From an uncultured Ignavibacteria bacterium (GTDB lineage Bacteria > Zixibacteria > MSB-5A5 > SM1-73): a stretch of DNA of 40,670 bases. Both the position numbers and the translations under genes were made by a program. The notes under the pieces are model-generated. The model had not been told where the DNA came from and did not search any database. It worked only from the letters and a program-made list of their open reading frames with translations. Shown here in pieces: positions 35,676-40,670 of the stretch. The stretch spans positions 1 to 40,670 of the forward strand of contig CAZPRG010000001.1 of NCBI GenBank assembly GCA_964588675.1. The letters run 5' to 3'. Every line of letters starts with the position of its first letter. Positions within the stretch are counted from its first letter, which is position 1.

Positions 35676-36287
35676 CTTTCCAAGAACCTTGACTAACCAT
35701 ACTATGCCCACCAGCACCACGACCGCCAGCACGACCTTGTTGTATATCTGTATCACCTGCAGTATCTCCCGCCAGTTCTGCTGTACCTTGAACGCCGAAA
35801 AAACGATTATGCCGTTCCACAAAACGATGCTGATCGAAGTGTATATGACCATCTTCCTGGTGCTCACATTGCCCACGCCCGCAGCCAGCGCCACCACCGA
35901 CCTGACCCCGGTCAGAAACCGGCTGAGGATGAGCACCTTCTCTCCATACTTCGCGAACCATACCTCTACCTTCTTGAGATGCTCCTTGTCCAGAATCCAT
36001 CTGCCGTTTTTCAGAAATGCTTTCCTTCCCTTGCTTTTTCCCAGAAGGTAGAGAAACATGGCTCCTGCCAGACAACCCAGACCGGCGGAGACGAACACCA
36101 AGGGAAAAGTGAGCCGACCTGTGCCCGCCAGATAGCCGCCCACAAATGTAACCGTATCTCCGGGATACGGCGGGAAGATGTTTTCCATGAAGCTGCTCAG
36201 GAAGATGAACAGGTAAAACCACACGGCGCCGTGGGTCAGGGCCAGGTCCAGAATGTGCTCGACTTTTATCCACAGAAGCTCGCTCAT
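35649..36287 (-). CDS. dedA: DedA-family membrane protein
   Basis: FIFLSSFMENIFPPYPGDTVTFVGGYLAG, SRFLTGVRSVVALAAGV. ATG 36287 with AGGAAA upstream, 12 nt after the ispF stop. Confidence 0.85.
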   Translation of the reverse strand: MSELLWIKVEHILDLALTHGAVWFYLFIFLSSFMENIFPPYPGDTVTFVGGYLAGTGRLTFPLVFVSAGLGCLAGAMFLYLLGKSKGRKAFLKNGRWILDKEHLKKVEVWFAKYGEKVLILSRFLTGVRSVVALAAGVGNVSTRKMVIYTSISIVLWNGIIVFSAFKVQQNWREILQVIQIYNKVVLAVVVLVGIVWLVKVLGKKRSTDAAD

Positions 36288-36299
36288 CCGGTTTCCTGT

Positions 36300-36776
36300 T
36301 TAGCCTTTTTCCACCAGAACCACCGCGTATGCCGCCATGCCTTCTTTTCTTCCGGCGAAACCCATTCCTTCCGTGGTGGTGGCCTTCACCGAGACCTGGT
36401 CTACCTTCACCTTGAGCGTAGAGGAGACGTTCTCTCTCATCTTCTGAATATAACCGGATAGCTTCGGCTCTTCCGTTACTATGGTCGAATCGACGTTGAC
36501 CACACGGGCATTCTCTTGTCTAACCATGTCGCCGATTGAAGACAGAAGACGCAGGCTGGAGATGTCTTTGTGCTTCGGATCGGTGTCGGGAAAGTGCTTT
36601 CCCAGATCGCCCAACGAGAGAGCACCCAGGATCGCATCGCCGATAGCGTGGCACAGAACGTCGGCATCGGAGTGCCCCACAAGACCCCTCCCGTGAGGTA
36701 TCTTGACGCCTCCCAGGATCAGATCCCTGCTTGTCGCCAGCTTATGTGCATCGTACCCGAAGCCGATTCTAAGCAT
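36300..36776 (-). CDS. ispF: 2-C-methyl-D-erythritol 2,4-cyclodiphosphate synthase
   Basis: MLRIGFGYDAHKL...LILGGVKIPHGRGLVGHSDADVLCHAIGDAILGA...GKHFPDTDP. Overlaps the ispD stop by 8 nt. Confidence 0.95.
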   Translation of the reverse strand: MLRIGFGYDAHKLATSRDLILGGVKIPHGRGLVGHSDADVLCHAIGDAILGALSLGDLGKHFPDTDPKHKDISSLRLLSSIGDMVRQENARVVNVDSTIVTEEPKLSGYIQKMRENVSSTLKVKVDQVSVKATTTEGMGFAGRKEGMAAYAVVLVEKG

Positions 36777-37494
36777 TTTGTCCCCCCGACCGCCCGTTGG
36801 AGGTTGCGTCCTTCTGCCTGCGGATGAGGGTCTCGGCCAGTGCCAGGTCTTCCTCGGTGGTGATCTTGATGTTGGAGTAGTCGCCTTTTAGAATGGCGAC
36901 CTCTTTCCCCAACCGTTCGACCAAAACCGAGTCGTCCGTCCCGACGAAACCCTCCTCCTTTACCTTCTTGTGCGCGTCCAGAATGAGCGAGTATTCGAAT
37001 ACCTGGGGAGTCTGGATCAGCCAAAGCTTGTCGCGGTCCAGTGTGGTCACAATCAAACCATCCTCTCCCCTTTTGATGGTGTCCTTGGGAGGAACCGCCA
37101 GGACCACGGCTTTCTTCTCGGCGCACAACTCAATCGAAGCTGCGATTTTGTCGGAGGAGATCAGTGGCCTGACCGCATCGTGAATTGCCACAATGGAGGT
37201 GCCTGCGGGGCACGCTTTCAGTCCTGCGTAAACCGAATCCTGCCTTTCTTCTCCTCCCGGCACGATCTTGTCCGCCTTCCTGAAGCCATACTTGTCGATG
37301 ACCTTCTGCGTGGAATAGCCCAGGTAATCCTCGGGCACCACCAGGATGATCTCGTCGATCAGCTTGCAGTTCTCGAACTTCTCTATGGCGTGCGCCACAA
37401 TGGGCCTGCCTTCCAGCATAAGGAACTGTTTGGGCAAACTCCCCTTGATCCTCGTTCCTTTGCCGCCAGCGACTATGATCGCGACCGTTTTCAA
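36769..37494 (-). CDS. ispD: 2-C-methyl-D-erythritol 4-phosphate cytidylyltransferase
   Basis: TTG start (AGAGGA upstream). MKTVAIIVAGGKGTRIKGSLPKQFL, VAIHDAVRPL, LIQTPQVF. Confidence 0.9.
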   Translation of the reverse strand: MKTVAIIVAGGKGTRIKGSLPKQFLMLEGRPIVAHAIEKFENCKLIDEIILVVPEDYLGYSTQKVIDKYGFRKADKIVPGGEERQDSVYAGLKACPAGTSIVAIHDAVRPLISSDKIAASIELCAEKKAVVLAVPPKDTIKRGEDGLIVTTLDRDKLWLIQTPQVFEYSLILDAHKKVKEEGFVGTDDSVLVERLGKEVAILKGDYSNIKITTEEDLALAETLIRRQKDATSNGRSGGQNA

Positions 37495-37557
37495 GAATTC
37501 AATCCTCTTTCGGGTCGGATGATTCCAACCTCTACCAGTTCGGCACCATCTCTCGAC

Positions 37558-37640
37558 TTATCCGTTTCATCCGTCCTATGGACGCCCGTCCGGGCGTCTA
37601 ATCAGTTGACCGGACTTGACCGTCCGTAGTCCGTGGCTAG
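37558..37640 (-). repeat. ACGGA/TCCGT-rich short-period intergenic repeat array B (queA|ispD spacer)
   Basis: On the + strand there are 4 exact TCCGT. ttatccgtttcatccgtcc (37558-37576) and gaccgtccgtagtccgtggcta (37618-37639) match blocks of array A. Between them lies a perfect 7-bp hairpin gacgccc-gtcc-gggcgtc (37581-37598), whose loop is GGAC on the sense RNA. Confidence 0.8.
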
Positions 37641-37684
37641 ACCATTCTCTGTCTCGCCGACCAACCAAGCTGCTGAACGCTTCT

Positions 37685-38728
37685 CTACACTATGAGCATC
37701 GCGTCCCCGTAACTATAAAACCGGTACCTCTCCCTTATCGCCTCCCGGTAAGCTTTGAGAATCAGCTCTCTGCTGGCGAACGCAGAGACCAAGAGCAGAA
37801 GGGTCGAGCGGGAAAGGTGGAAATTGGTGATCAGCGAGTCGACTATCCTGAAACGATAGGGAGGATAGATGAACTTCCTGGTCCATCCCGACTGCGGCTT
37901 CAGGATATCATCCTCCATGGACTCTGCCACCGTCTCCAAAGCTCTCACCGTAGTCGTGCCGACTGCCACAATCTTATTTCCGCTTTCCCTCACCGCATTT
38001 ATCCTTCGTGCGGATTCGGAATCGATCTTAAAACACTCCGAGGCAAGGACATGATCTTTGGGATCGTCCTGACGTATCGGCCTGAAGCTGTCCCAACCCA
38101 CGTGCAGGGTTATGGGAATCTTATGCACGCCTTTCTGTTCGAGCATTCTCAGCAGATCCTCGGTGAAATGCAGTCCGGCGGTGGGAGCCGCCACTGCGCC
38201 AGTCTCTTTAGCATATACGGTCTGATAAGTCGTCCTGTCTTCTTCTTCCGCCTCCCTCTTGATGTATGGAGGAAGAGGCACTTTGCCTATTCTCTCCAGG
38301 ATGTCGAAAAGGTTTTCTTTTGTGTTGACCCTGGCTTGCCAGCTTCCCGACTCCGTTCGCTCAAGAATCTCACAAGCCAGACCGTTTTCCTGGAAGCCAA
38401 TGATCGCGCCCGGCGAGATTCTCTTTGAGGGTTTGAGAAGAACCTCCCATAGCCCCTGATCCAGATTTTTGAGGAAGAAGACCTCCACCCTGCGGTCGTC
38501 ATCTCGATTTATTCCGAAGACACGGGCCGGGAATACCTTGGTCTGATTGATGACCAACCCATCACCTTCGTGCAGATAGTCGATCACTTGGCGGAACACC
38601 TTGTGCTGGATGCTTCCGCTTTTCCGATCCAAGACCAAAAGCCGGGAGCTGTCTCTGACTTCGGCCGGATAGTAAGCGATCAGCTCCTTCGGCAGCGGAT
38701 AGTCGAAGTCCTTCAGGGATAGACTCAT
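37685..38728 (-). CDS. queA: S-adenosylmethionine:tRNA ribosyltransferase-isomerase
   Basis: From ATG 38728: MSLSLKDFDYPLPKELIAYYPAEVRDSSRLLVL, TAGLHFT, VAVGTTTVRALE. The 113-codon upstream extension in the ORF track overlaps the DUF2905 gene and is rejected. Confidence 0.95.
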   Translation of the reverse strand: MSLSLKDFDYPLPKELIAYYPAEVRDSSRLLVLDRKSGSIQHKVFRQVIDYLHEGDGLVINQTKVFPARVFGINRDDDRRVEVFFLKNLDQGLWEVLLKPSKRISPGAIIGFQENGLACEILERTESGSWQARVNTKENLFDILERIGKVPLPPYIKREAEEEDRTTYQTVYAKETGAVAAPTAGLHFTEDLLRMLEQKGVHKIPITLHVGWDSFRPIRQDDPKDHVLASECFKIDSESARRINAVRESGNKIVAVGTTTVRALETVAESMEDDILKPQSGWTRKFIYPPYRFRIVDSLITNFHLSRSTLLLLVSAFASRELILKAYREAIRERYRFYSYGDAMLIV

Positions 38729-38952
38729 TTTCTGAACCACCTGAAAAACGCGGTGAGCACCAGCGTGAGAATCACGCTGACCACAATACTGGTGGCCAGA
38801 GGAAAGTGAAACTCGAGATTCTGCTTTCGAAGGTGAATGTCGCCGGGCAACCTGCCCAAGATACCGACTCTGTCGAGAGCCAGGAAGGTGACGCCCACCA
38901 GGATCAACAAAACTCCAAAACCGACCAGTATCTTCCCGATTGAGCTGAACAT
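38725..38952 (-). CDS. DUF2905-family small membrane protein (75 aa)
   Basis: Two TM helices flank the family motif GRLPGDIHLRKQN. Its stop overlaps the queA start (ATGA at 38725-38728). Confidence 0.75.
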   Translation of the reverse strand: MFSSIGKILVGFGVLLILVGVTFLALDRVGILGRLPGDIHLRKQNLEFHFPLATSIVVSVILTLVLTAFFRWFRK

Positions 38953-38994
38953 TGGTTATCAAGCAATCCTGCGGGGCTTGAGTGCAGAGAGCTA

Positions 38995-39552
38995 TCAGGC
39001 TTTCTTTTCGCTTCGTGCCGTCGACTTGTCGGCGTAACGTTCCTTCTCGCTGAAGATGCAGCCGCAATACTTCTGACTATAAAGTTCCAAGCTTCTGGCC
39101 TGGTCTTTTCCCTGGTAGAAGCCGGGGCGAAAATCGCGATAGAGGAACCTGATCTCCAGGTCTGCTCCGATTTTCTCACCAATCTCCGCTATCAACTCGT
39201 GCTTTTGATGAGGACTGACCAAAAGCGTCGTGGTAAAGGCGTCGAAATCGTGCTCCTTGGCATAAGTGGCCGCCCGGATCAATCTGATCTTGTAACAGAA
39301 GGCGCAGCGGTTTTCCACGTCCTGTATGGCCGCCTTGAGAAACTTCTCCAGGTCGTAGGAATCGTGATAGAATACGGGAAACGATCTTCTCTCTTCCAGA
39401 GTCTTAAGCGCTTCCAATCTTCTCTGATATTCGGTAAAAGGGTGGATGTTAGGGTTGTACCAGTATCCAAAGACCTGGTGCCCCTCTTCCGACAGCACGC
39501 CCAGGGGATGGATGGCGCAATTGGCGCAGCAGACATGGAGTAGAACCTTCAT
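38995..39552 (-). CDS. queH: Epoxyqueuosine reductase QueH (DUF208)
   Basis: From ATG 39552 (GGAGG upstream): MKVLLHVCCANCAIHPLGVL..., GYWYNPNIHPFTEYQRR, CAFCYKIRL, YCGCIFSEKE. The upstream 37 codons of the ORF track read through repeat array C and are rejected. Confidence 0.9.
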   Translation of the reverse strand: MKVLLHVCCANCAIHPLGVLSEEGHQVFGYWYNPNIHPFTEYQRRLEALKTLEERRSFPVFYHDSYDLEKFLKAAIQDVENRCAFCYKIRLIRAATYAKEHDFDAFTTTLLVSPHQKHELIAEIGEKIGADLEIRFLYRDFRPGFYQGKDQARSLELYSQKYCGCIFSEKERYADKSTARSEKKA

Positions 39553-39571
39553 ACCCCGACCTCCCCACCCA

Positions 39572-39680
39572 GGTCCGTAGTCGGTAGTCCGTCGTCCGTC
39601 GCTCGTGTCGCACGCACCCCGAACCTGAGACGATCGATCCAGATTCGCCCGTCGACGGTCCACCGTCCACCGTCCACCGC
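39572..39680 (-). repeat. ACGGA/GTCCAC-rich short-period intergenic repeat array C (ruvB|queH spacer)
   Basis: On the + strand, degenerate heptamers gtccgta|gtcggta|gtccgtc|gtccgtc|gctcgtg span 39573-39607. There are three perfect tandem gtccacc units (39658-39678), preceded by the perfect 10-nt palindrome ccgtcgacgg (39649-39658). Confidence 0.8.
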
Positions 39681-39709
39681 TGCTGTAATCCAGTCCTCAA
39701 CAGTTCGAT

Positions 39710-40669
39710 TCATAATAGGCTTTCCTGTGCCCCTTTTTCCCTTGTGATCTTCAGATGCTTGTACGCCAGATCCGTGGCAGTCCGGCCTCGGGGCGTGCGG
39801 TTGAGAAGACCCTCCTGGATCAAGAACGGCTCGTAAATCTCCTCTATGGTCTCCCCCTCCTCCCCTACGGCCACCGCCAGGGTGTTTATTCCCACCGGCC
39901 CGCCCTTGAATTTATGGATGATGACCTCCATGATTTTCTTGTCCATATCGTCCAGACCCAATTCGTCCACATCCAACATCACCAGCGCGTTATGGGCAAC
40001 CTCAAGGTTTATCTCTCCCTTGGCCTTGACCTCGGCGAAGTCTCTGATCCGGCGCAGAAGCCGGTTGGCCACCCGGGGAGTGCCGCGGGATCTTTTGGCA
40101 ATCTCCAGGGCGCCTTCCTCATCGATGGTCAGGTTCAATATCCTGGCCGACCTCAGGACGATCTTGAACAGATCCTCCGGCTGGTAGAAATCCAGCCTGC
40201 CTACGACTCCGAATCGTGCTCGTAGAGGCGAGGTGAGAAGACCTGCTCGGGTGGTGGCGCCCACCAGGGTAAACGGCTGCAGGTCGATTTTGACCGAGCG
40301 GGCCGAAGGACCTTTCTCGATCATGATATCTATCTTGAAATCCTCCATGGCGGGATAGAGATATTCCTCCACTACGTGATTGAGCCGGTGAATCTCGTCG
40401 ATGAACAAAACCTCCCTTTCGCCCAGATTGGTCAGAATGCCGGCCAAATCGGCGGGCCGCTCCATCACCGGCCCGGAGGTCGACTTGATGCTCGTCTCCA
40501 ACTCCCTGGCGATGATATGCGCCAGAGTGGTCTTCCCCAATCCGGGAGGACCATAGAAGAGAACGTGATCCAGAGGTTCGCGCCTGTTTCTGGCCGCCTG
40601 GATGAAGATGCTCAGGTTCTCCTTGATCTTCTCCTGACCGACGAACTCCTCCAGCTTGGTCGGCCTAAG
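39710..40669 (-). CDS. ruvB: Holliday junction branch migration helicase RuvB (N-terminus beyond window edge)
   Basis: The frame is open to the window end: [54 protein letters not shown] (Walker A), LFIDEIHRL (Walker B), [28 protein letters not shown]. The TTG at 40540 in the ORF track is internal. Confidence 0.95.
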   Translation of the reverse strand, partial: LRPTKLEEFVGQEKIKENLSIFIQAARNRREPLDHVLFYGPPGLGKTTLAHIIARELETSIKSTSGPVMERPADLAGILTNLGEREVLFIDEIHRLNHVVEEYLYPAMEDFKIDIMIEKGPSARSVKIDLQPFTLVGATTRAGLLTSPLRARFGVVGRLDFYQPEDLFKIVLRSARILNLTIDEEGALEIAKRSRGTPRVANRLLRRIRDFAEVKAKGEINLEVAHNALVMLDVDELGLDDMDKKIMEVIIHKFKGGPVGINTLAVAVGEEGETIEEIYEPFLIQEGLLNRTPRGRTATDLAYKHLKITREKGAQESLL

Positions 40670-40670
40670 A

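Noticed and set aside
38729-39067. 113-codon N-terminal extension of the queA ORF. Analogous extensions: queH (39553..39663), lgt (18633..18719), the Trm112-like ORF (12564..12932), the EIIA ORF (13028..13138), the dipeptidase (20952..21032) and DUF4097-2 (28526..28750).
   Set aside because: The extensions overlap neighbouring genes or repeat arrays, lack family-like sequence, and are followed by internal ATGs with good RBSs at the positions where the conserved N-termini begin.
35607-39680. The GTCCAC(C) units and 9-mers such as TTATCCGTT as DnaA boxes, i.e. a replication origin.
   Set aside because: The resemblance to TTATCCACA or TTGTCCACA is partial. The sites are split over three spacers inside a co-directional housekeeping string. 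There is no dnaA or dnaN, no AT-rich unwinding element, and all units share a single orientation. I cannot exclude protein binding at the DNA level, but oriC is not supported.
35508-39680. The short tandem repeats as CRISPR arrays or a MITE with terminal inverted repeats.
   Set aside because: The periods are 7-9 nt, far shorter than a CRISPR repeat plus spacer. There are no unique spacers, no cas genes, and no terminal inverted repeats or target-site duplications.
39553-39709. preQ1 riboswitch upstream of queH. Likewise a T-box leader upstream of cysS (33329..33548).
   Set aside because: The queH leader has no small hairpin followed by the A-rich tail typical of preQ1-I. The cysS leader has no T-box consensus sequence or specifier-loop architecture.

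Overview
This is a 40.7-kb, densely coding, moderately GC-rich bacterial chromosomal window. All calls come from reading the supplied translations and the DNA by eye. No homology search was run.

Four blocks:
1. 1-11.75 kb, + strand: an envelope or protein glycosylation island. It holds a DegT-type sugar aminotransferase (cut by the window edge), three polyprenyl-phosphate-type GT2 enzymes, two GT-C membrane transferases (a PMT_2/ArnT-like one fused to TPR repeats, and a YfhO), a flippase-like UPF0104 membrane protein, a GT4 and another GT2. Most are translationally coupled.
2. 11.86-20.34 kb, + strand: housekeeping genes accA, a Trm112-like zinc ribbon, an EIIA(Ntr)-like protein, mreC, mreD, mrdA, rodA, lgt and comF.
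3. 20.3-31.2 kb, mixed orientation, accessory-looking: a 690-bp gap that I could not call as coding, a C69 dipeptidase, two divergent DUF4097 beta-repeat secreted proteins bracketing usp, an M90/MtfA-like peptidase, an AOR-family oxidoreductase and a SAM methyltransferase, then an HI0933-like flavoprotein.
4. 31.4-40.67 kb, - strand: tRNA-Glu(UUC), tRNA-Arg(UCG), cysS, a HAD hydrolase, ddl, dedA, ispF, ispD, queA, DUF2905, queH and ruvB (cut by the window edge).

I saw no CRISPR array, transposase, integrase or recognisable defence genes.

The most unusual signal is non-coding. Three operon-internal spacers (about 35.5, 37.6 and 39.6 kb) are filled with an orientation-locked family of 7- and 9-nt periodic repeats. 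The units are ACGGA/GUGGAC on the sense RNA, and sequence modules are shared but shuffled between spacers. I do not recognise this as a described element.

Secondary points of interest are the multi-module GT2 plus GT-C glycosylation island, the DUF4097 pair, the methyltransferase-AOR pair, and a tRNA-like half plus a 70-nt stem structure downstream of tRNA-Glu.
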